Shown one piece after another: positions 1 to 10,482 of a stretch of DNA of 64,000 bases. The stretch spans positions 352,001 to 416,000 of the forward strand of contig CAWEQH010000001.1 of assembly GCA_963811165.1 (NCBI GenBank), read 5' to 3'. Position numbers and translations under genes: made by a program. Under the pieces are notes generated by a model. The model saw only the letters and a program-made list of their open reading frames with translations. It was not told the origin of the DNA and made no database searches. The stretch comes from an uncultured Nitrospiraceae bacterium (GTDB lineage: Bacteria > Nitrospirota > Thermodesulfovibrionia > Thermodesulfovibrionales > UBA6898). Positions within the stretch are counted from its first letter, which is position 1; every line of letters begins with the position of its first letter.

Positions 1-2
1 CT

Positions 3-464
3 TTAAAGGAAGTACTGAAGATCATTACCGCGTTTACCACTGCGCACAGCATAACCCTTCTTTTAGCGGCATTGCGGATTGTCAGCCTGAACTCAAGGCT
101 TGTTGAAAGTGCAATAGCGCTTTCTATCTGCTATGTTGCGGCCGAAAACCTGCTCAAAAAGGAAGTTAATTACCGCTGGCTTGTAACATTCGGTTTCGGT
201 CTGGTCCATGGATTCGGATTTGCGAGTGCTCTTCAGGAATTAATTGTGGGAAAGGCAAATTTGCTTCTCTCAGTGCTCTCCTTCAACATGGGAGTAGAAA
301 TCGGACAATTGATGATAATCTTCGTTATGCTTCCCGTTTTGTACCTGCTTAGGAAGCAGTTTGAATTCAGGATAATAACTGCCGGCGCATCAGTAGCTAT
401 CTTTGCCATTGGTTTTACCTGGCTTATTGAGCGGGTGTTCAACCTGAAACTGCTGGCGTTTTAG
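3..464 (+). CDS. HupE/UreJ family membrane protein (5' partial)
   Basis: Frame open from the window start: ITAFTTAHSITL...FGFGLVHGFGFAS...SFNMGVEIGQ, typical HupE/UreJ_2 motifs. Confidence 0.85.
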   Translation, partial: LKEVLKIITAFTTAHSITLLLAALRIVSLNSRLVESAIALSICYVAAENLLKKEVNYRWLVTFGFGLVHGFGFASALQELIVGKANLLLSVLSFNMGVEIGQLMIIFVMLPVLYLLRKQFEFRIITAGASVAIFAIGFTWLIERVFNLKLLAF

Positions 465-564
465 ATTTAAGAAGATCGGGGAGTCCAGAAGAGGAAAAAA
501 TAATTTGCCTTACGTTTGGAAAGGTACTTTATGGTTTGCCGAACATTTTACCGCTACCGGGGAT

Positions 565-933
565 TTACAATAGGAGCCCAAGCAGTGACAGAGCGGACCC
601 CTCAAATGCCCTGTCCACAAAGACTCCGAACGCGGCCTTGCCAAGGACCTTCCCTGCATTGGATGCCGCTGTCTGGATATACTGGTCGTTTGATATGGCC
701 TTGGTCTCATCGAAATAGCCCGCCCTCTGAAGGGTATTGATTATGTCTTTGTCATTGATTTGGGATGCATTGTAGTGTATCGTCAGGCTTCCAGTGGTGC
801 TGTTGATATCGATTGTGGCTATTCCTATGAGGACCGAAAGCAACATTTTTATATGATCGTGGGTGTTTTTGTTCTTGAAAACAGGGTTCCTCATGCGCAA
901 TCTCCCTGGCGTGGTGTGAATGTAACAGTTCAT
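565..933 (-). CDS. HMA2 (heavy-metal-associated-like) domain protein
   Basis: HTTPGRLRMR...NSTTGSLTIHYN motif of the HMA_2 family. Confidence 0.7.
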   Translation of the reverse strand: MNCYIHTTPGRLRMRNPVFKNKNTHDHIKMLLSVLIGIATIDINSTTGSLTIHYNASQINDKDIINTLQRAGYFDETKAISNDQYIQTAASNAGKVLGKAAFGVFVDRAFEGSALSLLGLLL

Positions 934-1232
934 ACTATTTTATCCTCCTTCATTCTGAACTTCCTGAAATGCTTGCACTCAGGATATCCTGAACACCGGA
1001 ACCTGATTACGTCCCCTTCAATTTTGTAGACATGCATGGGCTTGCCGCATTCCTGACATGCAGGTTTCCCCTTGATCTCAGAAACCTTTGATCCATTTGT
1101 GAACTGCTTTCCGCAAATTATGCAGAGAAATCTCTGTTTCCCGGTCCCTGCCCTGCCGTAGCGGTATACTGCTTCGGAGTTGCAGGAGGGGCATGTCGAG
1201 TCTGTTTTTGACTTCTCATGCAACGTAATCAT
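930..1232 (-). CDS. Double zinc-ribbon protein (InsA-like ribbon plus topoisomerase C4-like ribbon)
   Basis: CPSC...YRYG...GKQRFLCIICGKQF and CQECGKPM...RCSGYPECK; its stop overlaps the start of the HMA2 gene. Confidence 0.7.
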   Translation of the reverse strand: MITLHEKSKTDSTCPSCNSEAVYRYGRAGTGKQRFLCIICGKQFTNGSKVSEIKGKPACQECGKPMHVYKIEGDVIRFRCSGYPECKHFRKFRMKEDKIV

Positions 1233-1255
1233 GGCTACATTATATATCGATAGGT

Positions 1256-1293
1256 GTTACACCCAAGTGAAGGCAATGTTACATTTCGGTTAA
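1256..1293 (-). promoter_or_regulatory. Pho-box-like array for the leftward transcript
   Basis: GTTAC/GTGAA/GTTAC/GTTAA at 1256, 1267, 1278, 1289: exact 11-bp period, oriented toward the zinc-ribbon gene. Confidence 0.7.
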
Positions 1294-1396
1294 ATTTTTG
1301 GCGGTGCGTGGAAGGGTTTCCTTCCCTTACGACGGATAAGGGCTAAAATCAATTTATCTGCTTTCGGACAGTGTCATACACCCAATAAATGCAAAC

Positions 1397-1439
1397 TTAA
1401 TAATTCCTTAATATTGCTGTAACAATTCAATGTTATTTT
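1397..1439 (+). promoter_or_regulatory. Pho-box-like array with possible -10 (upstream promoter)
   Basis: TTAAT/TTAAT/GTAAC at 1397, 1408, 1419 (11-bp period), followed by TATTTT. Confidence 0.5.
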
Positions 1440-1621
1440 AGGTCATGCGAATGATCTTCTTGAGTCTCATGATTCGCCCGGTTGCAATAGTTGTTCCCTG
1501 TGAAGGCAGCCCTAATCTCTCTATATAGAGGAGATCTTCGATAAAAAATATGCGAGGAACTGCCATTTCGGTTATTTGCTATCGTGTGTATATGGCGGTA
1601 AAATCAGAAGGAGGTGAGATT

Positions 1622-1685
1622 GTCACGGCATGTAACAGAAAATTAACTTCCTTGTAACAGTATTGTAACAATCAGTCTGTATCCT
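1622..1685 (+). promoter_or_regulatory. Pho-box array and -10 of pstS
   Basis: GTCAC at 1622, then GTAAC/TTAAC/GTAAC/GTAAC at 1632, 1643, 1654, 1665 (11-bp period), TATCCT at 1680, AAGGAG RBS. Confidence 0.8.
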
Positions 1686-1713
1686 AAGAGTAACTATTAA
1701 AAAGGAGAAAAAA

Positions 1714-2724
1714 ATGAGAGTTTTTCTTAAATTTGCATTAGCAATAGCGTTGATCTTTTCGTTCACCCAGGTGCATGCGGCAGAAACCCTTAACGGCGCA
1801 GGGGCGACTTTCCCCTATCCCGTATATTCCGCATGGGCTTTTGACTATAATAAGGTCGCCGGCGTACAGCTCAACTATCAGTCCATAGGCTCCGGCGGCG
1901 GTATCAGGCAGATCACGGACAGGACAGTAGATTTCGGCGCATCCGATGCGCCTCTTGCTCCGGAGCAGCTTCATAAAGACAAACTGCTTCAGTTCCCTGC
2001 GGTCATCGGCGGAGTGGTGCCGGTAGTGAATCTCCCGGGTGTGAAGGCAGGCCAGATGAAGCTCGATTCCGAGGCTGTCTGCAAGATATATCTTGGCGAG
2101 ATAAAGAAATGGGACGACCCCAAAATCAAGTCCCTGAATCCAAAGGTCAAATTGCCTGACATAGACATTACCGTCGTCCACAGGTCTGACGGCTCGGGGA
2201 CAACAGCGATATTTACGAATTATCTCAGCGGCGTCTGCCCCGAGTGGAAAAGCAAGGTGGGGGCCGGCACCTCCGTCAAATGGCCTGTCGGGATCGGCGG
2301 CAAGGGAAATGAGGGTGTTGCAAATTACACAAAGAGATCAGCCGACTCAATCGGGTATGTCGAGTTGGCCTATGCGCAGCAGAACAAGCTTGCGTATGTG
2401 CTTCTTAAAGAACCCTGCCGGCAATTTTGTGGAGCCGACCTTCAAGAGCTTTCGAGGATGCTGCCGCCACCGCACAATTTCGACCCCAAAAAGGACTTTA
2501 ATCTCTGGCTCGTCAATGCTCCCGGCAAACAATCATGGCCTATAGCAGGAGCGACTTTCATACTTCTTGCGAAAGAGAAGACCGATTCAAACAAGAAAGT
2601 GGTCGCCTTTTATGACTGGGCGTTCAAAAATGGAGACAAGAAGGCGAAAGAACTGGTTTACGTGCCGCTTCCCGCGTCTCTCAAGGACAAGATAAGGGCA
2701 TACTGGAAGGCAAACGGGATTTAA
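1714..2724 (+). CDS. pstS: Phosphate ABC transporter substrate-binding protein (compensating frameshifts ~2408-2465)
   Basis: GAGATFPYP, YQSIGSGGG, RSDGSGTT; the expected KNPAGNFVEPT segment lies in another frame. Confidence 0.95.
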   Translation: MRVFLKFALAIALIFSFTQVHAAETLNGAGATFPYPVYSAWAFDYNKVAGVQLNYQSIGSGGGIRQITDRTVDFGASDAPLAPEQLHKDKLLQFPAVIGGVVPVVNLPGVKAGQMKLDSEAVCKIYLGEIKKWDDPKIKSLNPKVKLPDIDITVVHRSDGSGTTAIFTNYLSGVCPEWKSKVGAGTSVKWPVGIGGKGNEGVANYTKRSADSIGYVELAYAQQNKLAYVLLKEPCRQFCGADLQELSRMLPPPHNFDPKKDFNLWLVNAPGKQSWPIAGATFILLAKEKTDSNKKVVAFYDWAFKNGDKKAKELVYVPLPASLKDKIRAYWKANGI

Positions 2725-2738
2725 TAAACGCAGGAAAA

Positions 2739-2776
2739 ATGGAGCGGGTCCCTAAAAGGCCCGCTCCCATATTTTA
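2739..2776 (+). terminator. Stem-loop after pstS (terminator or mRNA stabiliser)
   Basis: GGAGCGGG...CCCGCTCC followed by ATATTTT. Confidence 0.6.
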
Positions 2777-2824
2777 CAGATATTCAGCCGGAAAGTTGGC
2801 TTAATGAAAAGGTTGACAATATAA

Positions 2825-3763
2825 ATGGCAAGAACCGCAAAAAGAATCCAGTTGATATGATCTTTTCATTTATCACTGCCGTAGCTTCCTTTTCGGTCTT
2901 ATATTTATTATCGGAATCCTTTATGTGCTTATATCAGAGTCTTCCCTGGCGATCGGCAAATTCGGGATTATCAAATTCCTTACTTCAACGGACTGGGACC
3001 CGGTAACAGAATCTTTCGGCGCCCTGACAAATATTTACGGAACAGTAGTCACGACTATTCTTTCCCTTATTATCGCGATCCCTGTTGCGATCGGCATTGC
3101 GATATTTGTCACCGAAATATCCCCGAATTTTCTGAAAGGACCGATCGGGGTGGCTATAGAACTTCTTGCAGCAATACCGAGCATCATCTACGGCATGTGG
3201 GGACTTTTCACCCTTTCGCCGATAATGAGCAATCATATAGAGCCATTTCTGAAGAAGATCTTCGCGGGCGTGCCCTTTATAGGGATACTTTTCCAGGGCA
3301 CGCCTATGGGGATCGATATCCTGACTGCAAGCATAATCTTGAGCATCATGATCATTCCCTTTACCGCCAGCATATCAAGGGATTCCTTTAATCTCACACC
3401 GGCGGTGGTGAAGGAATCCGCCTATGCCCTCGGCGCCACAAAATGGGAAGTTGTAAAGAATGTCGTTCTACCGTATTCAAAGCTTGGGTATTCGGGGGGA
3501 TAGTCCTCTCCCTTGGCAGGGCGCTTGGCGAGACCATGGCGGTAGCCTTTGTCCTTGGAAACAACCACAGGATAACAACATCTCTCTTTGACGCGGCCGC
3601 GACTATTACTGTTACCCTTGCCAATGAGTTTGCCGAGGCGGACAATGACATTTATCTGTCGTCCCTTTTTTATCTTGCGCTGGTGCTCTTTGTAATGAGT
3701 TTCATCACCCTTGCCATAGCGAAATTCTTTCTCCTGAAGGCAGAGAGGAAGTATTCACGATGA
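2825..3763 (+). CDS. pstC: Phosphate ABC permease PstC (frameshifted in this assembly)
   Basis: IELLAAIPSIIYGMWG, ESAYALGATKWE, LGRALGETMAV split over ORFs 2925-3503 and 3443-3763. Confidence 0.9.
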
Positions 3764-4603
3764 CAAGAGAACAATGGAGAAAAACTGAAGGGGTCATCGC
3801 CCTCTTGCTGAGCACTCTGGCGGCATTTCTGGGTCTCTTCTGGCTCGTATTTATTCTCGGAGACGTGCTTGTCCACGGGATAAAGGCGCTGAATCTGGGC
3901 TCTGTTCATGAATGACCCTGCGCCGCCCGGTGTTGAAGGAGGCGGACTGAGAAACGCCTTTGTCGGGCAACTGCTGATAACCTTCTGCGCAACATTGATA
4001 GGGGTGCCTGTCGGCGTGCTCGGAGGCACGTTTCTTGCCGAATATGCGCGGGGCAGAAAGATCGCAAGGATTATCAGCGTACTGGCCGACATCATGGTCA
4101 GCGTCCCTTCCATCGTCATAGGCACCTTTATCTATGCTATACTGGTCAAACCTGTCGGCCACTTTAACGGCTGGGCCGGGGCTGTTGCGCTTTCGATAAT
4201 CATGATCCCTGTTGTCCTCAGGACAACCGAAGACATGCTTTCACTTGTGCCGTGGACATTAAGGGAGGCCGCATTTGCCCTCGGCGCTCCCTATTACAAA
4301 GTGATTACCCAGGTGGTTTATCGCGGGGCGGCAACAGGAATACTGACGGGCATTTTGCTTTCTATCGCGAGGGTGGCAGGGGAGACCGCGCCGCTGTTTG
4401 TTTACCTCATTTAATAATTCATTTTTCTCACTCAATATGAAACAGCCTATTGCTTCCCTTACTGTAACCATATTTCAATATGCCATGGGGCCTTATGATA
4501 ACTGGCATGCCCAGGCATGGGCCGCGGCATTTGTGATTACGATATTCATTCTGCATTCTTACAATTACAGGAAGCGTTTAATCATAAAATGGAGGTACAA
4601 ATA

Positions 4604-4604
<1 letters not shown>
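3760..4604 (+). CDS. pstA: Phosphate ABC permease PstA (frameshifted)
   Basis: GGGLRNAFVG, VPSIVIG, LREAAFALGA, ARVAGETAPL; C-terminus in ORF 4398-4604. Confidence 0.9.
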
Positions 4605-5371
<767 letters not shown>

Positions 5372-5372
<1 letters not shown>

Positions 5373-6042
5373 TGAGTGTTTTTGATGAGGAATTACAGCA
5401 CCTGAAAGAAAAGATCCTTAAAATGGGGTCCCTTGTCGAGGACGCGATAAAACATTCCGTGCAGGCCCTTGTGGAAAGGGACAATGAACTTGCGCAGAAA
5501 AGTCATCGATAATGACCGGCTCATAAATACGCTCGATGTCGAGATAGATGAAGAATCAATCCGGCTGATCGCCTTAAGGCAGCCGATGGCGGGCGATCTG
5601 AGGTTTATCACCACAGCCATGAAGATAACGACTGATCTCGAAAGGATGGGAGACCTGGCGGTAAATATTGCGGAAAGGGCGATTGAACTCAACGAAGAAC
5701 CGATACTTAAGCCCTATATCGACATCCCAAGAATGAGGGAGATTGCCCAGGGGATGACAAGGGACGCGCTCGACGCCTTCGTGAGAAAGGACAAGACAAC
5801 TCGCCATGGATGTGATCATGCGGGATGATGAGGTCGACGATCTCAAACATTCCGTATTACAGGAACTCGCCTTCTTCATGGTCCAGGACCCGACGACGGT
5901 AACCCGGGCGATGAAGATCAGTTTTGTGGCCACATATCTTGAACGTATTGCCGATCATGCGACGAATATCGCCGAGATGGTCATATACCTTGTTGAGGGG
6001 AAGATAATCAGACATATGGACCTGCCCCCCGAAAAAGGGTAA
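5372..6042 (+). CDS. phoU: Phosphate signalling protein PhoU (frameshifted)
   Basis: IALRQPMAGDLR, DLERMGDLAVNIAE, YLERIADHATNIAE. Confidence 0.92.
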
Positions 6043-6207
6043 AGGATACTGTCCCGGGCCTTTTGGTCTGAAACGTGTCGCTCCCCGACTCTCTGTATTC
6101 TCCCAACCCCTGTCCATATTTAGCGTTTTTGGGATATAATACATTCTTTCTGGGGCTTTATAAAAGGCCATGTAAAAACAGTGGCTTGACGGAAAGGGGC
6201 GGCTGAA

Positions 6208-7401
6208 ATTAAGAAATTACCTGACAAAAGAGGCTACTTTGGAGCGTACGGCGGACGTTTTGCGCCCGAGACGCTCATCCCCGCACTCGATGAACTGGAG
6301 CATGCCTATCACAAGTTCAAAAAAGACAAGGAGTCCCGCCTGGAGCTTTCTTATCTCATGAAGAATTATGTCGGCAGGCCGACGCCGCTCTATTTTGCCA
6401 AGAGGCTGACGGAGTCCCTGGGCGGGGCGAAGGTCTATCTCAAACGCGAAGACCTTGCGCATACCGGAGCACATAAGATAAATAACGCCCTCGGGCAGGC
6501 ACTCCTCGCAAAAAAAATGGGGAAAAAGAGGCTGATCGCCGAGACCGGCGCCGGCCAGCATGGCGTTGCGACCGCCACGGGGGCTGCCCTCTGCGGTCTC
6601 GAGTGCGAAATCTATATGGGGTCGGACGATATCGCGAGGCAGTCTCTGAATGTCTTTAGGATGAAGCTGCTCGGTGCCGAAGTGGCTGAGGTCTCGATCG
6701 GGTCAAAAACATTGAAAGACGCGATCAACGAGGCGATGCGCGACTGGACAACGAACGTAGCGACTACGCATTATGTCCTGGGCACTGTGTTCGGCCCTCA
6801 CCCTTTCCCGGCGATAGTGAGGGACTTCCAGTCCGTGATCGGCAGGGAGGCAAGAAAACAGATCATCGCTGAAGAGGGGAGGATGCCGGATTATCTGATA
6901 GCATGTATCGGGGGAGGGAGTAACGCGATGGGGCTTTTCCACCATTTTATCGGAGACAGGAACGTCAAGATGATTGGAGTAGAGGCCGGAGGAAGAGGCA
7001 TTGTCCCCGGTGAGCACGCTGCACGGTTCGCAGGCGGATCCGTAGGCGTTCTGCAGGGAACCAAGAGTTTCCTTCTTCAGGACGACGACGGCAATATCTT
7101 AGGCACCCATTCTGTTTCGGCAGGCCTTGACTATGCGGCTGTAGGGCCGGAACATGCTTTTCTCAGGGACTCGGAAAGGGCCAGTTATACCTATGCCACC
7201 GACGAAGAAGCGCTCAGCGCCTTTGAGCATCTCTCAAGGACGGAGGGCATTATTCCGGCACTGGAGTCTTCCCATGCCCTTGCCGAGGCGATCAAGCTGG
7301 CCCCAAGGCTTTCGAAAGACAAGGTGATCATCGTCAATCTCTCGGGCCGCGGCGACAAGGACGTGCAGCATGTCGCACGGATAAAAGGGATAGAGCTGTG
7401 A
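6208..7401 (+). CDS. trpB: Tryptophan synthase beta subunit
   Basis: [24 protein letters not shown]; conserved N-terminus [20 protein letters not shown] lies upstream of the called ATG (6358); start uncertain. Confidence 0.97.
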   Translation: MKKLPDKRGYFGAYGGRFAPETLIPALDELEHAYHKFKKDKESRLELSYLMKNYVGRPTPLYFAKRLTESLGGAKVYLKREDLAHTGAHKINNALGQALLAKKMGKKRLIAETGAGQHGVATATGAALCGLECEIYMGSDDIARQSLNVFRMKLLGAEVAEVSIGSKTLKDAINEAMRDWTTNVATTHYVLGTVFGPHPFPAIVRDFQSVIGREARKQIIAEEGRMPDYLIACIGGGSNAMGLFHHFIGDRNVKMIGVEAGGRGIVPGEHAARFAGGSVGVLQGTKSFLLQDDDGNILGTHSVSAGLDYAAVGPEHAFLRDSERASYTYATDEEALSAFEHLSRTEGIIPALESSHALAEAIKLAPRLSKDKVIIVNLSGRGDKDVQHVARIKGIEL

Positions 7402-8177
7402 TGTCCCGGATAGAGAAGAAATTCAAAGAGGTGCTCGGACGAAAGGGAAAGGCCTTTATTCCGTATGTGATGGCGGGAGACCCCAATCTTGAAAGGACGA
7501 AAGAACTGGTGGGGATACTTGAGGAATGCGGGGCGGACATCATCGAGCTAGGCGTACCTTTTTCCGACCCTCTGGCAGACGGCCCGACGATACAGAAGGC
7601 GGCCCAGCGGGCGCTCAGGGAAGGGGTCACGCTGAAGAAGGTGATCGAGTTCGTCGGCGATGTAAGAAAGACCACCCAGATCCCGATCGTATTGATGACC
7701 TACTATAACCTTATATATAAATACGGCGAAGAAAAGTTTGTTCGGGATGCCTCAGGCGCCGGCGTGGACGGAATAATAGTCCCTGATCTGCCGCCGGACG
7801 AAGCGGACAGGCTGCTCTTTTTTTCGAAAAAAACCGGTTTTGACGTTATCTTCCTCGTTGCTCCCACTTCCACCGGCGAAAGGATTAAGAAAGTGGCGAG
7901 GTCCTCCAGGGGCTTTATATACTATGTCTCTATTACTGGGATAACTGGTTCAAAGCTTTCGGTGGACCCTTCCATCGGCTCTCATGTCGCAAAGATACGG
8001 GAGACGGGCAGGAAACCTGTTGCGGTAGGGTTCGGTATTTCAACTCCCGGGGAGGCCGCGGAGATCGCCCGAATCGCAGACGGCGTGATAGTGGGCAGCT
8101 CGATCGTGAAACGGGTGGAAGATACCGATGAAAATCTGAAGAAATATCTTATTGCCTTGAGAAACGCGATCAAATGA
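7401..8177 (+). CDS. trpA: Tryptophan synthase alpha subunit
   Basis: IELGVPFSDPLADGPTIQ, GFIYYVS, VGFGIS. Confidence 0.97.
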   Translation: MSRIEKKFKEVLGRKGKAFIPYVMAGDPNLERTKELVGILEECGADIIELGVPFSDPLADGPTIQKAAQRALREGVTLKKVIEFVGDVRKTTQIPIVLMTYYNLIYKYGEEKFVRDASGAGVDGIIVPDLPPDEADRLLFFSKKTGFDVIFLVAPTSTGERIKKVARSSRGFIYYVSITGITGSKLSVDPSIGSHVAKIRETGRKPVAVGFGISTPGEAAEIARIADGVIVGSSIVKRVEDTDENLKKYLIALRNAIK

Positions 8178-8281
8178 GCCAAGACCTGGAAAAAAAGTAC
8201 CGGCAGCTTAACGCCCCTATGGAACTTTCGGCCCTACGCATGGCGCGCATATGAGTCTGCAAGAAGTGAGAAGGTGGATAT

Positions 8282-9115
8282 ATGGCCTGGTTTAAGAAGA
8301 GCAAAGAGATCAAGACCGATAAGAAAGTAAAGATCCCCGAGGGACTTTGGGTAAAGTGCGAGAGCTGCCGCGAGATCATCTATAAGAAGGAGATAGACAA
8401 GAACCTAAGGATATGCCCGAAGTGCAACTATCATTTCAGGATCAGCGCCAGGGAACGTCTCAAACTCCTTGTGGATGAAGGGAGTTTCGTTGAGATGGAC
8501 GCCGGTCTGTCTTCCAAGGACCCTCTGAATTTCAAGGACAAGGTCTTATACAAGGAAAAGCTTGAAGAAAACAGGAGGAAGACCGGCCTTGAAGATGCCG
8601 CAATTTCAGGAGAGGCCACGGTAGAGGGACATCCTGCCATCCTGGTAATTATGGATTTCTCCTTCATAGGCGGGAGTATGGGGTCCGTTGTCGGAGAGAA
8701 GATCGTAAGGGCCGCAGAAGCCGCTACTGAGACGGGCAGGCCCCTTATTACGGTGGCCTCCTCAGGCGGGGCGAGGATGCAGGAGGGGATATTTTCCCTT
8801 ATGCAGATGGCGCGGGTGTCTGCTGCCGTGGGCAGATTAAAGGACAACGGACTGCTCTACATCTCGATCCTGGCCGACCCGACGTTCGGAGGGGTCACGG
8901 CCAGTTTTGCGATGCTTGGGGACGTGATATTTGCCGAGCCGAAGAGCCTTATCGGGTTTGCCGGAAGAGGCGTTATCGAGCAGACAATCAAGCAGCAGCT
9001 CCCCGAAGATTTTCAGCGGGCCGAGTTTCTTCTTGAGCATGGGTTTATAGACAAGATCGTCGACAGGAAAGATATCAGAAAGACCGTTGCAAAGATCATA
9101 GAATTGCTTGTATGA
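8282..9115 (+). CDS. accD: Acetyl-CoA carboxylase carboxyltransferase beta subunit
   Basis: LWVKC..C zinc finger, GGSMGSVVGEK, SGGARMQEG. Confidence 0.97.
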   Translation: MAWFKKSKEIKTDKKVKIPEGLWVKCESCREIIYKKEIDKNLRICPKCNYHFRISARERLKLLVDEGSFVEMDAGLSSKDPLNFKDKVLYKEKLEENRRKTGLEDAAISGEATVEGHPAILVIMDFSFIGGSMGSVVGEKIVRAAEAATETGRPLITVASSGGARMQEGIFSLMQMARVSAAVGRLKDNGLLYISILADPTFGGVTASFAMLGDVIFAEPKSLIGFAGRGVIEQTIKQQLPEDFQRAEFLLEHGFIDKIVDRKDIRKTVAKIIELLV

Positions 9116-10419
9116 GCTATCCACGCACGATCGAATATCTTTACGGTCTTCAAAAGTTCGGCATGAAATTCGGCCTCGATAATATCCGGAAACTCATGTC
9201 CGCTCTTCATGATCCCCAGGACTCTTTCCGGTCTGTCCACGTGGCAGGGACCAATGGAAAGGGTTCCACCTCGGCGATGATCGCATCTATCCTAAGGACG
9301 GCGGGCGTGAAGACCGGCCTTTTTTCTTCTCCTCACCTCATCAGTTTTACGGAGCGGATAAGGATAAACGGCGAGGAAATTACCGAACGGGACGTCATAA
9401 CCCTCGCTGAGGAAGTGAGGGCCGTAGCGGAGGAGATCGGGGATTTTTCTCCCACTTTTTTCGAGGTCGTCACTGCGATGGCCTTCCTGCATTTTAGGAA
9501 TGCGGGCGTCGAGTGGGCGGTGATAGAGACAGGATTGGGCGGCAGGCTCGACGCGACCAACGTGGTCGTCCCCGATGTCACGGTCATTACGAGGATCGGT
9601 ATCGATCACTGCGAGTTTCTCGGTAAGACGTTAAGAGAGATCGCGTCGGAAAAGGCGGGCGTCATAAAGGCCGGAATCCCCGTGGTGTCGGCCCCTCAGG
9701 AGACTGAGGCGATGGAGGTCATCGGGAGGAAGGCGGCCGAGAGGGGCTCGCAGCTGCTTACGTATGGAGAATCATTTAAGTCGGAGTTGATATCGGAATC
9801 TCTCCGGGGGATATCGTTTCATTATGCCGGCCAGGGCCGAAGTCAAGACCTTTCAGTCTCTTTGGCCGGCAGACATCAGATGACCAATGCGTCGGTGGCG
9901 GTAAAAACGGCTGAGATACTCATGAGAAAATACCCGGGAATGAGGTGTGACATAGGAAAGGGACTTTCTTCGGTGCAGTGGCCAGGCAGGCTTCAGATGG
10001 TGAATGACGACCCTCCAGTCCTCATCGACGGCGCCCATAATCCCCAGGCCGCCTCGGCCCTCTCTGTGTACCTTAAGGAGGTCGCGCTTTCAAGGTATAA
10101 GAGGATCATACTGGTGGTCGGCGCGATGGGCGACAAGGATGTCGGGGGCATACTCGATCCGCTTCTGCCGATTGCATCTGAGATCATTTTTACGGCGCCC
10201 GCGTACGGCAGGTCGGCCCCACCGGAGCGGCTTGCTGCAGATGCGGCCGCCAAAGGATATTCCTCGGTCGTTGTCCCGGGCGTGGCTGAGGCCGTAAAAA
10301 AGGCCGAAGAGATGAGCCTTCCCGGGGACCTTGTCGTTATTACCGGCTCTTTCTACACCCTTGGCGAGGCAATAGAGTCTTTCGGAAATAAAGGTGTGCT
10401 TACGAGGCTCAGGGAATAA
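9112..10419 (+). CDS. folC: Folylpolyglutamate synthase/dihydrofolate synthase
   Basis: HVAGTNGKGS, ETGLGGRLDATN, WPGR, DGAHNP. Confidence 0.95.
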   Translation: MSYPRTIEYLYGLQKFGMKFGLDNIRKLMSALHDPQDSFRSVHVAGTNGKGSTSAMIASILRTAGVKTGLFSSPHLISFTERIRINGEEITERDVITLAEEVRAVAEEIGDFSPTFFEVVTAMAFLHFRNAGVEWAVIETGLGGRLDATNVVVPDVTVITRIGIDHCEFLGKTLREIASEKAGVIKAGIPVVSAPQETEAMEVIGRKAAERGSQLLTYGESFKSELISESLRGISFHYAGQGRSQDLSVSLAGRHQMTNASVAVKTAEILMRKYPGMRCDIGKGLSSVQWPGRLQMVNDDPPVLIDGAHNPQAASALSVYLKEVALSRYKRIILVVGAMGDKDVGGILDPLLPIASEIIFTAPAYGRSAPPERLAADAAAKGYSSVVVPGVAEAVKKAEEMSLPGDLVVITGSFYTLGEAIESFGNKGVLTRLRE

Positions 10420-10482
10420 AAAAAGGCAGTAAATAGTTGGAAGTGAAAAGTGAAAGGATAATTACCGGAACACGTGAAAAAC

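Noticed and set aside
930..1232. IS1 element (InsA)
   Set aside because: Only zinc ribbons; no InsB/DDE frame or terminal inverted repeats seen, and the gene has its own Pho-like boxes.
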